Of a stretch of DNA of 64,000 nucleotides, positions 46,769 to 57,045 are shown in pieces (the stretch's first letter is position 1; each line of letters starts with the position of its first letter). The translations under genes were made by a program, and so were the position numbers. Location: contig CALWXB010000009.1 of NCBI GenBank assembly GCA_944385405.1, forward strand, positions 2,096 to 66,095, in the 5' to 3' direction. This stretch comes from an uncultured Oscillospiraceae bacterium (lineage in GTDB: Bacteria; Bacillota; Clostridia; Oscillospirales; Oscillospiraceae). Below the pieces are notes generated by a model that was given only the letters and a program-made list of their open reading frames with translations, made no database searches and was not told the DNA's origin.

Positions 46769-47228
46769 GGCGGCCTCCTTTGGAAAATACGCATCTGCAT
46801 CCAGTTTTCCTTATTGTATAGCATTTGCGCGAAAAATAAAAGAGATTTTTTGCCCGGAGCAGGGCTTTTTTGCAAAAAATTTTTGCCCAGCGCAGCGGGA
46901 GAGACAAAAGAGCGGCCAGGGCGGACAGGGTATCCGCCCAGAATTCCCACACCGGACGCAAAGGCGCTGAGAACAGGCAGAAAAACACCACGGCGCCGCC
47001 CAGGATGCCCAGCACCACGAAGCCCCGCAGCTCGCCCTGGGCCCGGGTGAGCAGAAAGCGGAACGCCGCGGCGCCCACGGCCAGGACGTAGATGAGATCC
47101 AAGAGCCCCGTCAGCCGCGGACGCCGGCGGCGGAAGGGGCGCAGCAGGTCGTAAGCCAGTCCGGTGCAGAGGCCCAGCAGGATGGACTGGGCGAATACCT
47201 GCAGCTGTGTGGAGATCTGGATCTCCAT
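46515..47228 (-). CDS. yabQ: Spore cortex biosynthesis protein YabQ; reading frame extends into divIC
   Basis: QLQVF..SILLG...GLAYDLLR, GELRGFV.LG; yabP-yabQ-divIC order. Confidence 0.8.
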   Translation of the reverse strand: MEIQISTQLQVFAQSILLGLCTGLAYDLLRPFRRRRPRLTGLLDLIYVLAVGAAAFRFLLTRAQGELRGFVVLGILGGAVVFFCLFSAPLRPVWEFWADTLSALAALLSLPLRWAKIFCKKALLRAKNLFYFSRKCYTIRKTGCRCVFSKGGRHGKASKNGKTAAHRRRPGDTAAAAGAAGRHRLAAVQSAGSGGAGPGGPGPSGHTGGAAAAGERRSGGRHRPGRHPGKDGGDRPG

Positions 47229-47231
47229 CCG

Positions 47232-47516
47232 TTATCCGAACAGGCGGCTGAGCAGTCCGCCCCGGCTGCCGCCGCCGTCCTCATAGGACACCGAGTCGAT
47301 CCGCCCGTCTACATGCAGCTCGCCGCCGTCCAGAGACAGCTTGCCGATGTGCAGGTCCTCGCCGGTGATGACCAGCGTCCCGGCGGATGTGGACATGATG
47401 ATGCCCGTCTCGTCAAAGCGCTCCACGTCCTCCACGCCGGAAACGGTGAGCCGTTCCCGGCCGGTGAGCTCCAGACGGTGGGTCTCCTGCGGCATGGTGG
47501 TGGAATAGTCCTTCAT
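47232..47516 (-). CDS. yabP: Sporulation protein YabP
   Basis: HRLELTGRERLTVSGVEDVERFDE, GEDLHIGKLSLDGGE. Confidence 0.9.
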   Translation of the reverse strand: MKDYSTTMPQETHRLELTGRERLTVSGVEDVERFDETGIIMSTSAGTLVITGEDLHIGKLSLDGGELHVDGRIDSVSYEDGGGSRGGLLSRLFG

Positions 47517-47573
47517 CTTCTCGTCCCTCCCCAATCCCATGGATATGCGGAGGGAGCGGCGGATAGAAGAGGC

Positions 47574-47819
47574 TTACTCCGCCACTTCCCGGTAGAGGGT
47601 CCCGGCGTCGGACTGGCGCACCGTCTCCTGGACGGAGAGCACCTCCACCGTCACGGTGCGCGCTCCGAAGCGCAGGGAGATCCGGTCACCCGGGCGGACC
47701 TCATAGGAGGCCCGGGCAGGCTTGCCGTTGACGCTGATAAGGCCGTTGTCGCAGGCCTCATTGGCCACGGTCCGCCGCTTGATGAGGCGGGAGACCTTGA
47801 GATATTTGTCCAGGCGCAT
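47574..47819 (-). CDS. yabO: S4-domain RNA-binding protein YabO/RqcP
   Basis: MRLDKYLKVSRLIKRRTVANEAC. Confidence 0.93.
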   Translation of the reverse strand: MRLDKYLKVSRLIKRRTVANEACDNGLISVNGKPARASYEVRPGDRISLRFGARTVTVEVLSVQETVRQSDAGTLYREVAE

Positions 47820-47891
47820 GGCCATTCCTCCAAAATCAAGAGCCCCCTCTTCCGGCGGCGGACCGCGGAAGAGGGGAATCGGGTGGGCTGC

Positions 47892-48167
47892 TTACTTGGA
47901 AACGCTGTCCTTCAGGGCCTTGCCGGCCTTGAACACGGGCACCACGGAGGCGGGGATCTCAATGGACTCCTTGGTCTTGGGGTTGCGGCCGATGCGGGCG
48001 GCACGCTTTTTCACCTCAAAGGAGCCGAAGCCGACCAGCTGGACCTTGTCGCCCTCCTGCAGCGCACCGGTGATGGCGTCCAGAGTGGCGGTGATGACGG
48101 CCTCGGCGTCCTTCTTGGACACGTCGGCGGAAGCGGCGACGGCGTTGATGAGTTCGGCTTTGTTCAT
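47892..48167 (-). CDS. hup: DNA-binding protein HU
   Basis: MNKAELI, VQLVGFGSFEV, GRNPKT, PVFKAGKALKD. Confidence 0.97.
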   Translation of the reverse strand: MNKAELINAVAASADVSKKDAEAVITATLDAITGALQEGDKVQLVGFGSFEVKKRAARIGRNPKTKESIEIPASVVPVFKAGKALKDSVSK

Positions 48168-48225
48168 GGGTATTATCCTCCTAGTTTGTCATTTGTAATG
48201 TTTATTCTTAACGCGAAAGTGCGTG

Positions 48226-49029
48226 TTAAGACTCCTGCTGCTTGGCGGACGCCCAAAGCGCCGCCAGCTCCTCCTGGGAGCACTCGTTCAGGGGCTTGTC
48301 CGCGGCAGTCTCCACCAGGCGGAAGCGCCGGTCGAACTTGTCGCAGGCCCGGTGGAGGGCGTCCTCCGGATCCACACCGGACATCTGGGCGATCTTGTCC
48401 GCGATGAACAGCACGTCGCCCACTTCCTCCCGGATGCCGTGGGGGGCGTCGGATGCCCGGCCGGATTCCACGGCCTCTCTCAGCTCCCGGACCTCCTCTT
48501 CCAGCTTGCGCAGCGCGCCGGCGGTGCTGTTCCAGTCAAAGCCCGCCTTGGCGGTCTTGCTGAGGATCTTTTCCGCCCGCCACAGCGCCGGCAGGGTGTG
48601 GGGGACGGACTCCACGGCGTCGGCGGTGGAGCGCTGGCCCTTTTCCCTGCGCTTGAGGATCTCCCAGTTCACCAGGACCTCCTCGCTGGTGTCGGCCTGT
48701 ACGGTGCCGAACACATGGGGATGGCGGTAGATGAGCTTTTTGGTGACGCCGTCCACCACGTCGTCCATGGTGAAGCGGCCCCGCTCGGCCTCGATCTGGG
48801 CGTGGAACGCCGCCTGCATCAAAACGTCTCCCAGCTCCTCGCACATGGCCTGGGGGTCGTCCCGGTCCAGAGCGTCCAGCGCCTCGTATGTCTCCTCCAG
48901 AAAATTCCGGCGGATGGAGTCGTGGGTCTGCTGGGCGTCCCAGGGGCAGCCGCCCGGCGCCCGCAGCAATGCCATGACCTGAAGGAAATCCGCCCAGTCA
49001 TAGCGGGACTTACATTGAAAATCTACCAT
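48226..49029 (-). CDS. mazG: Nucleoside triphosphate pyrophosphohydrolase
   Basis: LRAPGGCPWD..QTH, EETYE, EELGDVL, KLIYRHPHVF. Confidence 0.95.
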   Translation of the reverse strand: MVDFQCKSRYDWADFLQVMALLRAPGGCPWDAQQTHDSIRRNFLEETYEALDALDRDDPQAMCEELGDVLMQAAFHAQIEAERGRFTMDDVVDGVTKKLIYRHPHVFGTVQADTSEEVLVNWEILKRREKGQRSTADAVESVPHTLPALWRAEKILSKTAKAGFDWNSTAGALRKLEEEVRELREAVESGRASDAPHGIREEVGDVLFIADKIAQMSGVDPEDALHRACDKFDRRFRLVETAADKPLNECSQEELAALWASAKQQES

Positions 49030-49089
49030 ACATTGTCCGCCTTTGCAAGAAAATTTATCGGTGAATTCCTTGAAAATCAAGCCTTTTTT

Positions 49090-50706
49090 TCACTTCAAGT
49101 GCAGAAGTTTAATAAGGGCCGCGCCCCGGGGCACGGACCGCAGGTCCTCCGCCCGCAGGATCCGCAGCGCCACCACCAGGATGCCGTATACCACGACGCC
49201 TGCACCGATGCCCACGGCGGTGGCCAGGGCATTGGCACCGTAGGCGTATTCCCCGCCGGTGAGCGCCCGCAGCGTCAGGCCGTGGACCGCCCACACCGCG
49301 CCGCCCATCAGGGCGGAGGCCAGCACGGGCTTGGTGAAGAGCTGAAGGTACCGGGGCTTTTCCGGCGAGTACTTCCACACGAACAGCAGGTTCAGCCCCA
49401 CGATCACGGCGTAGCAGCACAGCGTGGAGATGGGCGCGCCGTGGATGTTGATGGCAGGGTTGCCCACCAGTACGTAATTCATGACGATCTTGGTGATGCC
49501 GCCGGCGATCATGGTGCAGATGGGGATGCGCTCATGGCCGTAGGACTGCAAAATGGCGTTGGTCAGCGTCATGACGCAGATGAAGATACAGGCGATGCCC
49601 AGTACCCGCAGATGAGGGGCCGCCGCTTGGGCGGCATAGGGCTGGGCGGGATAGAGCATCCGCAGGATGGGACCGGAGAGCACACTGAGGCCCACGCCGG
49701 CGGGGATGGCCAGGATGGCGATGAGCCGGAAGGCGGAGGAGATGATCCGGTTGGCTTCCGCGCTGTCCCGCCGGGCCATGGCCGCCGCCGCAAAGGGGAT
49801 CAGGCTCATGGTGACGGGGTAGACGAAGGAGGGCGGCAGGTTGATGAGGTCCATGCCGAAGGTGTACTGGCCGTAGAGGGCGGTGGGGGTTTCCGGCAGC
49901 AGGGAGGAGATGGCGGTGAGCCGCCCCAGGATGATCTTGGAGTCGATGAGGGTGATGATGCTCATGGCGGAGTTGCTCAGGGTGATGGGCACGCCGATGA
50001 GCAGCACCTGCTTCATCAAGACGCCGGCGCTGTCCGGCCGGTCCAGGGAGGGGGCGGTGTCCCGGTGGGTCAGCAGGTAGAAGATCAAAAAGCACATGGA
50101 CATCACCGTGCCGATGGTGACGCCCAGGATGGCGCCGGCGGCGCTGATCTCCACGCCATAGCCCAGCTGCAGGAAGTACCACGCAAGAGAGAGGCCGAAG
50201 CCCAGCTTGCACAGGGCCTCCAGGATCTGGGAGACAGCGGTGGGCACCATGTTCCCCTGGCCCTGGGTATAGCCCCGCATGCAGGCCAGCAGGCACACGC
50301 AGAACACCGCCGGTGCCAGGGCCTGGATGGACCAGCGGGCCAGATCGTCGGTCATGAAGTGGGCCAGCTGGGCAGAGCCGAAGAACATCAGCAGGGAGAA
50401 CACCAGGCCAAGACCGAAAAACAGCCAGATGGCGGTGCGGAAGAGCTTGCGCTTCTGGTTCTCCCGTCCCAGGGCGTGGGCCTCACTGGTGAGCTTGGAA
50501 ATGGCCAGGGGAAGGCCCGCGGTGGAGATGGTCAAAAGCAGATTGTAGATGTTGTAGGCCACGGTGAAGTGCGCCTTGCCCTCGTCGCCGATGATGTTGC
50601 CCAGAGGGATCTTGTAGACGGCGCCGATGAGCTTCACGATGGCCACCGCCGCCGCCAGAATGGCGGCGCCGTTGAGGAAGGACGGCTTTTTTGCGTTGTT
50701 AGACAT
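49090..50706 (-). CDS. Polysaccharide biosynthesis/MurJ-like flippase (YabM/SpoVB family)
   Basis: SFLNGAAIL, KLIGAVYKIP, STAGLPLAISK, RGYTQG..NMVPTAVSQILE. Confidence 0.9.
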   Translation of the reverse strand: MSNNAKKPSFLNGAAILAAAVAIVKLIGAVYKIPLGNIIGDEGKAHFTVAYNIYNLLLTISTAGLPLAISKLTSEAHALGRENQKRKLFRTAIWLFFGLGLVFSLLMFFGSAQLAHFMTDDLARWSIQALAPAVFCVCLLACMRGYTQGQGNMVPTAVSQILEALCKLGFGLSLAWYFLQLGYGVEISAAGAILGVTIGTVMSMCFLIFYLLTHRDTAPSLDRPDSAGVLMKQVLLIGVPITLSNSAMSIITLIDSKIILGRLTAISSLLPETPTALYGQYTFGMDLINLPPSFVYPVTMSLIPFAAAAMARRDSAEANRIISSAFRLIAILAIPAGVGLSVLSGPILRMLYPAQPYAAQAAAPHLRVLGIACIFICVMTLTNAILQSYGHERIPICTMIAGGITKIVMNYVLVGNPAINIHGAPISTLCCYAVIVGLNLLFVWKYSPEKPRYLQLFTKPVLASALMGGAVWAVHGLTLRALTGGEYAYGANALATAVGIGAGVVVYGILVVALRILRAEDLRSVPRGAALIKLLHLK

Positions 50707-50821
50707 GGAGCGATTACCTCGAACCTTTTGAAAATAACAGGGCCTGTCTCAGCTTATGATGCCCGGAGGGAGATTATGCCTCAAAGGCGGCCGCCCCGCG
50801 TGAAGGGCGGGGCGGCATGGA

Positions 50822-51214
50822 TCACAGCTTCCCGCCGCACTCCCGGCAGAACTGATCGCCCTCCCGGGTGGGAGCGCCGCAGGTGGCGCAGGTGTGGGCC
50901 TCCCGCTCCCGGCCGATCTGCTCCTCCAGGGCCTGGATGCGGGCCTTCAGCTCGTCGATGGACTGGAGCTTGGCCAGCAGCACCTCGGAGTCGGTGGGAG
51001 AGCCGGTGTGGGTGGCGTAGAGCAGCTCGCCCACCTCCCGGAAGGCCAGGTTCACGTCCGCCTTCAGATTGGCCACCTGGATGTTCAGCTTGGCCACCGA
51101 CAGCAGTTCCCCGGCCTTGCGGCCCACGCCGTAGGCGGCGTCGGCCGCGATGTCGCCGGCCTGGACCGCGGTGGTCTGCACCCGGTCCAGCAGCTCGGAA
51201 AGTCTCTCGTTCAT
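50822..51214 (-). CDS. Coiled-coil protein with a C-terminal zinc ribbon
   Basis: CATCG...FCRECGGKL. Confidence 0.85.
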   Translation of the reverse strand: MNERLSELLDRVQTTAVQAGDIAADAAYGVGRKAGELLSVAKLNIQVANLKADVNLAFREVGELLYATHTGSPTDSEVLLAKLQSIDELKARIQALEEQIGREREAHTCATCGAPTREGDQFCRECGGKL

Positions 51215-51261
51215 GGATAGGACCTCCTTGATTTCAGATGAACCCTTGCGGGAGAATGCGC

Positions 51262-52197
51262 TCAGTGATTGTCGTAGGTGCTGCCGCCGATGAACTCCCG
51301 GGCCAGGGACTCCGGTGCCACAAAGCGCTCGTCCATGGCCTCGATCTTCTCAAAGCCCCGGAGCATCTGGTCCACCACCTCGTATTTGCCGGCAGGCACC
51401 GCCTCCAGCAGCGGCACCACGAAGGGCTTGAGCACGGAGAACTCGAAGGCCAGAGAGGAGTCAAAGAGCAGGTGGGCGTTTTCCCGGTAGGGAGAGATGT
51501 AGAGCTTTTCTCCCCGCCGGACATTGTTCCACATTTTCAGAGTGAAGCTGGCGTCGCTGCCCCGGAACTTGAAGTCCCGGACGATGCGGCGGCACAGCCG
51601 CAGCCATGCGTGCTCAAAGATCACGGTGCCGTCCCCGTCCACCAGGTCGCTGCGGGCGGAGATGTAGAGCTTGAAGGCGTGGGGGTTCTTACCCACGATG
51701 ATGTCGTTGAGGGCATGAATGCCCTCGAAGATGGCCAGCTCGTCGGGGCCCAGGTGCAGGGGCTGGGACAAGATGTCCGAGCGCATCTGCCGGGCGAATT
51801 CATACTTGGGCACATGGATGGTCTCCCCCCGGTCCAGCATGGCGAAGTGCCGGTTCAGAAGGTCCACGTCCAGGCAGAAGGGGGACTCGTAGTCGATGGC
51901 GCCGTCCCGGTTCCGGGGAGCGGTCTCGGGGTCGATGGTGTTGAAGTAGTTGTCCATGGACACCGTGTGGGTCTCGATGCCCATGCGGTCCAGGACCTCC
52001 TCGATCTTCAGCGCCGTGGTGGTCTTTCCGGAGCCGGAGGGACCGGAGAGCAGGATGATCCGGGACTCGCCCCGGTGTTCGGCGATCTGTCGGGCGGCGT
52101 TCTCCACCTTCCGGGTGAAGGCCGCGTCGCACTCCGATGCGTAGGCCTCCGGGTCGCTGCGGACGGCGTCGTTGAGCTGCTTGAGAGAATAGGGCAT
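51262..52197 (-). CDS. Nucleoside (uridine) kinase-like P-loop protein
   Basis: SGPSGSGKTT, SMDNYF, FEGIHALN, RLCRRIVRD..FRG. Confidence 0.88.
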   Translation of the reverse strand: MPYSLKQLNDAVRSDPEAYASECDAAFTRKVENAARQIAEHRGESRIILLSGPSGSGKTTTALKIEEVLDRMGIETHTVSMDNYFNTIDPETAPRNRDGAIDYESPFCLDVDLLNRHFAMLDRGETIHVPKYEFARQMRSDILSQPLHLGPDELAIFEGIHALNDIIVGKNPHAFKLYISARSDLVDGDGTVIFEHAWLRLCRRIVRDFKFRGSDASFTLKMWNNVRRGEKLYISPYRENAHLLFDSSLAFEFSVLKPFVVPLLEAVPAGKYEVVDQMLRGFEKIEAMDERFVAPESLAREFIGGSTYDNH

Positions 52198-52218
52198 GGT
52201 CTGGCTCCTTTCAAGACG

Positions 52219-53679
52219 TTATGATCCGTAAAACGCGGCGAAGGCCGCCTGGTTGTCCCGCCATTTCTCCGGGCGTTCCGTGTACTCCTTGGGATATTTG
52301 GGGTTGAAGGCGCGCTGGATGCGGCTTCCGTCCACCATCTTGGTGGAGCCGCCGGCGCCGAAGGAGAGAATGGAGCAAAGCTCCGACATGATATAGATGT
52401 TGTACCAGCAGGTCCCCCCGCTGCGGCTCCAGCCGATATTCTCAAAGCTGCCGGACATGTATTTTTGCCGGTAGAGGTAGTAGGGGGCGTAGCCCGCGCT
52501 CCGCAGGGCGGGATTCGCGTAGTCCAGCATGGCCGCCACGTCCTCCGGCCCGGGGACGGACAGCCCCTCCAGCAGGATCCGGCTGCCCTTTTTCAGCGCC
52601 AGGGTGTGGACGGTGACGTTGTCCGTGCCGAAGGCCAGGCACCAGTCCAGGGAGCGGCGGAAGCCCTCCGGCGTGTCCTCCGGGAGGCCCGCGATGAGGT
52701 CCATGTTCACATGGTCAAATCCGCAGCGGTTTACCAGCTCCATGGCTTTTTCGATGTCTCCGGCGGTGTGGCGGCGGCCGATGGCCTGAAGGACGTGATC
52801 CTCCATGGTCTGGGGATTCACCGAGACCCGGGTGACGCCGTGGCGGCGCAGCACCGCCAGCTTCTCGGCGGTGATGGTGTCCGGCCGGCCGGCCTCCACG
52901 GTGAGCTCCCGGCAGTGGGAGAGGTCAAAGGATGTGCAGAAGGCGGTGAGCACCCGGTCCATCTGGGGGGCGGTGAGGGTGGTGGGGGTGCCGCCGCCCA
53001 TATAGAAGGCCCGGACCCGCAGGCCGCACCGGCGCACCACCTCCCCGCCGGCACGGATCTCCTCCACCAGGGCGTCCACATAGGGCTCCACCAGGGAAAA
53101 GCTCCGTTCCACCGACTGGCTCACAAAGGAGCAGTAGGCGCAGCGGGTGGGACAAAAGGGAATGCCCACATATACGGCGATGTCCCGGGGCGAGAGGTCC
53201 CGGGCGGCCTCCAGGGCCGCCGTGCCGGTCTCCAGGGCCAGGGCGGCCCGGGAGGGGGTGACGAAATATTCCGCCTCCAGCATGGTGCGGACCTCATCCG
53301 GTGATTTGCCGGCGGTCAGAGCCTGGGTCACCGGTTTGTCCGGCCGGACGCCGGTGAGCATGCCCCAGGGCAGGTCGGGCAGGCCCATCTCCCGGCGGGC
53401 CAGGTAGAAGCAGGCGCCGATGGCATGCCGCCGCTGGCCCTCCCGGTCAAACTCCGAGCCGCTCAGCGGCGCGCCGTAGGTGTAGACGCCGCTGGCGCCG
53501 TGGTAAAAGAGGTCGCAGGTCACCACCAGGTAGTCCGACGCTTCATCGCAGGTGATCTCCGCCCGGGCGTCGTCCCCGGGGAGTACCGGCTCGTAGACCG
53601 GCAGCTCGCCGGGGAAGAGGGCCATCAGGCTCTGCTCCACCACGTACCGTTCGTCGTGGCCGTGAAAGATCAGCTTCAT
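52219..53679 (-). CDS. hemZ: HemZ radical SAM protein
   Basis: WGMLTGVRP, CPTRCAYC, GGGTPT, EAGRPDT, PYYLYRQK. Confidence 0.93.
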   Translation of the reverse strand: MKLIFHGHDERYVVEQSLMALFPGELPVYEPVLPGDDARAEITCDEASDYLVVTCDLFYHGASGVYTYGAPLSGSEFDREGQRRHAIGACFYLARREMGLPDLPWGMLTGVRPDKPVTQALTAGKSPDEVRTMLEAEYFVTPSRAALALETGTAALEAARDLSPRDIAVYVGIPFCPTRCAYCSFVSQSVERSFSLVEPYVDALVEEIRAGGEVVRRCGLRVRAFYMGGGTPTTLTAPQMDRVLTAFCTSFDLSHCRELTVEAGRPDTITAEKLAVLRRHGVTRVSVNPQTMEDHVLQAIGRRHTAGDIEKAMELVNRCGFDHVNMDLIAGLPEDTPEGFRRSLDWCLAFGTDNVTVHTLALKKGSRILLEGLSVPGPEDVAAMLDYANPALRSAGYAPYYLYRQKYMSGSFENIGWSRSGGTCWYNIYIMSELCSILSFGAGGSTKMVDGSRIQRAFNPKYPKEYTERPEKWRDNQAAFAAFYGS

Positions 53680-54305
53680 ACGCCGCGTTCCACCGTCCGC
53701 ATGGCCTGGAGCAAAAAGGGATTGTCCCGGCGCTCCCGGTCCAGCCGGGAGGGCTCCATGTGGCCGGGATAGACGGTAAGGTCTCCCTCCAGCTGGCCCA
53801 GGCGGCGCAGGGAGGCCATGATCTTTTTGATGCTGCCGCCGGGGAAGTCCGTGCGGCCGCAGGAGCCGGCAAAGAGCGTGTCTCCGCAGAAGAGGGCGTC
53901 GCCGCAGCGCAGCGTCACACTGCCCTCGGAGTGGCCGGGAGTGGCCAGCACCGTCACGGCGAGACTGCCCACGGTGAGGACGTCTCCCTCATCGTAGTTC
54001 TGCGCGCCGTCCACCGGGGGGAACAGCTGGGCCAGATACATGTCCGCGGCGCACTGGTCCCGGCGGTTGAGGTACACCGGGATCTCCGGCCAGCGGGCGG
54101 AGAGGCCCGCCACGCCGCCGGTGTGGTCGTAGTGGCCGTGGGTGAGGAGGATGGCGCAGGGCGTGCAGCCGCTGCGTTCCACCGCCGCGGCCACGGCGCC
54201 GGCGTCCCCGCCGGGATCGATGACGGCGCAGCGCTTCTCCGCCGGATCGCAGAGCAGATAGCAGTTGGTCCCGATGGGACCGACCTGTAACGTTTTCACT
54301 TCCAT
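53676..54305 (-). CDS. MBL-fold metallo-hydrolase (glyoxalase II-like)
   Basis: THGHYDH, TPGHSEG, GDTLF...GRTD, YPGH. Confidence 0.92.
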   Translation of the reverse strand: MEVKTLQVGPIGTNCYLLCDPAEKRCAVIDPGGDAGAVAAAVERSGCTPCAILLTHGHYDHTGGVAGLSARWPEIPVYLNRRDQCAADMYLAQLFPPVDGAQNYDEGDVLTVGSLAVTVLATPGHSEGSVTLRCGDALFCGDTLFAGSCGRTDFPGGSIKKIMASLRRLGQLEGDLTVYPGHMEPSRLDRERRDNPFLLQAMRTVERGV

Positions 54306-54336
54306 GGGGATACCTCTCAGATGATGAAGATGGGGA

Positions 54337-54780
54337 TCAGGGACGGTCCGTGTCCAGCAGGATGGTCACCGGCCCGTCGTTGCAGGAGTCCACCGCCATG
54401 TCGGCGCCGAACTCCCCGTGCTCCACGGGAAAGCCCCGCTCCCGGCAGCGGTCCATGAACCGCTCATAGAGGGGGATGGCCACCTCCGGTTTGGCGGCCC
54501 CGGAGAAGCCGGGACGGCGGGAGGAGGTGTCGGCGTACAGGGTGAACTGGGACACCACCAGCAAGCTGCCGCCCACCTGCTCCAGGCTGCGGTTCATCTT
54601 GCCGTTTTCGTCCTCGAATACCCGGAGGTTGCAGATCTTGTCGGCCAGGCGGAGGGCGGTATCCTCCGTGTCGCCGGGGCCGACGCCCAGCAGCACCAGG
54701 TAGCCCCGGCCGATGTGTCCGTTGACCCGGCCTTGGATGGTGACGCTGGCATGGGAAACGCGGGTGACGACTGCGCGCAT
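54337..54780 (-). CDS. dtd: D-aminoacyl-tRNA deacylase
   Basis: MRAVVTRV, SQFTL, FGADM...NDGPVT. Confidence 0.96.
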   Translation of the reverse strand: MRAVVTRVSHASVTIQGRVNGHIGRGYLVLLGVGPGDTEDTALRLADKICNLRVFEDENGKMNRSLEQVGGSLLVVSQFTLYADTSSRRPGFSGAAKPEVAIPLYERFMDRCRERGFPVEHGEFGADMAVDSCNDGPVTILLDTDRP

Positions 54781-54828
54781 GGATGTCTCCTTTCGGGATG
54801 GCCCCGGAGGGGCGGGATGGGGATGCGG

Positions 54829-57045
54829 TCAGCCTGCCGGACGGGTGACCTTCAGCACGCCGGAGATCTGGTGCAGGCGGTTCATCAGCGTGGTGAGCTG
54901 CTGACTGTCCCGCATGCGCACCTCCAGGCGGAAGATGGCGAACTCGTCGGCAGTGCTGCGGGAGTGGATGCCCAGCACGAAGGTGTTGGTGGTGGAGAGG
55001 GCCGCGGAGATGTCCAGCAGCAGGCCCTGGCGGTCCTTGCACACCACCTCCAGGGTGGTGGGATAGCTGTCGTTGGTATCGCTGCCCCAGGAGACCTTGA
55101 TCCACCGGCCCTGTTGGCCGGGGGCGTTTTGCTTTTCCGGGGAGGCGTTGGGGCAGTCCGCCCGGTGGACGGAGACACCGTAGCCCCGGGTGATGAAGCC
55201 CACGATCTCGTCTCCCGGCACCGGGGTGCAGCACTTGGAGAATTTCACCAGGCAGTTGTCCAGGCCCTCCACGATGATGCCCTGCTCGCTGCGCACCCGC
55301 TTGGGCGCGGGAGCCTTGGGGGCCTCCTCGGCGGTGCGGGCCTCGGCGGCCTCGGCGGCGGCCTGACGCTCGGCCTGCTGATGCTTGGCGATGCGCTGCA
55401 GTTCGCCCTGCATCCGGCTGACGGCCTTCTGGGCGGTGAAGCCGCCGTAGCCGATGGCGGCGTACATCTCGTCCAGGGAGGCGTAGGACACCTTCTTCAA
55501 AAGCCCGGGCAGGTTCTCGGCGGAAATGACGTCCCGCATGGGGATGCCGCAGTGCTTGAGCTCAGCCTCAAAGGCCGCCCGGCCGTTGGCGATGTTCTCT
55601 TCCTTCTTCTCTTTCTTGAACCACTGGCGGATCTTGCTGCGGGCCTCGCTGGACTTGGCGATCTTCATCCAGTCCCGGCCGGGGCCCTTGGCGTTCTTGG
55701 AGGTGAGGATCTCCACGATGTCGCCGTTTTTCAGGGTGTGGTCGAAGGTGACGATGCGGCCGTTGACCTTGGCCCCCACCATCCGGTTGCCTACGGCGGA
55801 GTGGATGGCATAGGCAAAGTCGATGGGGGTGGCGCCGGCGGGCAGGTTCTGCACGTCGCCGTTGGGGGTGAACACGAACACCTCGTCGGAGAACATATCC
55901 ACCTTCAAAGAGTGGATGAAATCCTCGGCGTCGGCGCCCTCCTGGTTCTCCAACAATCGCCGGACCCACTCGTAGCGGCCCTCGGTGCCGGCGCCCTGGC
56001 CGTTTTGCTTGTACTTCCAGTGGGCGGCCACGCCGTATTCGGCGATCTCATGCATCTCCCGGGTGCGGATCTGCACCTCGAAGGGGATGCCGTCGCCGCC
56101 CATGACGGTGGTGTGCAGGGACTGATAGCCGTTGGGCTTGGGCGTGCCGATATAGTCCTTGAAGCGGCCCAGGATGGGCTTGTAGATGTCGTGGACCACG
56201 CCCAGGACGTTGTAGCAGTCTCCCACGGTGTCCACGATGACCCGGAAGGCGAAGAGATCGAAGATCTCGTTGAGGGACTTGTTCTGATTGAACATCTTGC
56301 GGTAGATGGAATAGGGGTGCTTCACCCGTCCGTACACCACGTGGGAGATGCCCAGCTGGGTCAGGCGCTGGTCGATCTGGGCCTGGGTGCGGCTCATGAA
56401 GGCGTCGTACTCCTGGCGCTTGGAGTCCAGGTTCGTCACGATCTCCTCATAGCCCACCGGGTCCAGGTATTTCAGGGAGAGGTCCTCCAGCTCCCACTTG
56501 ATGCGCTGCATGCCCAGGCGGTGGGAGATGGGAGCGTAGATCTCCATGGTCTCCAGGGATTTCTGCTTCTGCTTGGCGGGGGACTGGTACTCCATGGTGC
56601 GCATGTTGTGGAGCCGGTCGGCGATCTTGATGAGGATGACCCGGATGTCCTTGCTCATGGCGATGAGCATCTTCCTGAGGTTCTCCATCTGCTCGTCTTC
56701 CTTGGTGGCGTACTGGATCCGGGTCAGCTTGCTGACGCCCTCCACCAGGTCGGCGATGGTGGGAGAGAAGAGCTTGGCCACCTCCGCGTGGGTGGCGGGA
56801 GTGTCCTCGATGACGTCGTGGAGCAGGGCGGCCTCGATGGACTCGCTGTCCAGCTTCAGCTCCTCCGCCACGATCTGGGCCACCGCCAGGGGATGGATGA
56901 TATACGGCTCGCCGCTTTTGCGCTTTTGTCCCTCATGGGATTTTTGCGCGAAGTCGAAGGCGGCGCGGATGCGGGTGAAGTCCGCGGAGGGGTTGTAGCC
57001 CCGCACGGTCTTTTCCAGCAGCTCGTATTGTTCCTGAATCGTCAT
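54829..57045 (-). CDS. relA: Bifunctional (p)ppGpp synthetase/hydrolase
   Basis: HD domain LLHDVIED, DRLHNMRT, PKPNGYQSLHT, EVQIRT, TGS and ACT domains. Confidence 0.97.
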   Translation of the reverse strand: MTIQEQYELLEKTVRGYNPSADFTRIRAAFDFAQKSHEGQKRKSGEPYIIHPLAVAQIVAEELKLDSESIEAALLHDVIEDTPATHAEVAKLFSPTIADLVEGVSKLTRIQYATKEDEQMENLRKMLIAMSKDIRVILIKIADRLHNMRTMEYQSPAKQKQKSLETMEIYAPISHRLGMQRIKWELEDLSLKYLDPVGYEEIVTNLDSKRQEYDAFMSRTQAQIDQRLTQLGISHVVYGRVKHPYSIYRKMFNQNKSLNEIFDLFAFRVIVDTVGDCYNVLGVVHDIYKPILGRFKDYIGTPKPNGYQSLHTTVMGGDGIPFEVQIRTREMHEIAEYGVAAHWKYKQNGQGAGTEGRYEWVRRLLENQEGADAEDFIHSLKVDMFSDEVFVFTPNGDVQNLPAGATPIDFAYAIHSAVGNRMVGAKVNGRIVTFDHTLKNGDIVEILTSKNAKGPGRDWMKIAKSSEARSKIRQWFKKEKKEENIANGRAAFEAELKHCGIPMRDVISAENLPGLLKKVSYASLDEMYAAIGYGGFTAQKAVSRMQGELQRIAKHQQAERQAAAEAAEARTAEEAPKAPAPKRVRSEQGIIVEGLDNCLVKFSKCCTPVPGDEIVGFITRGYGVSVHRADCPNASPEKQNAPGQQGRWIKVSWGSDTNDSYPTTLEVVCKDRQGLLLDISAALSTTNTFVLGIHSRSTADEFAIFRLEVRMRDSQQLTTLMNRLHQISGVLKVTRPAG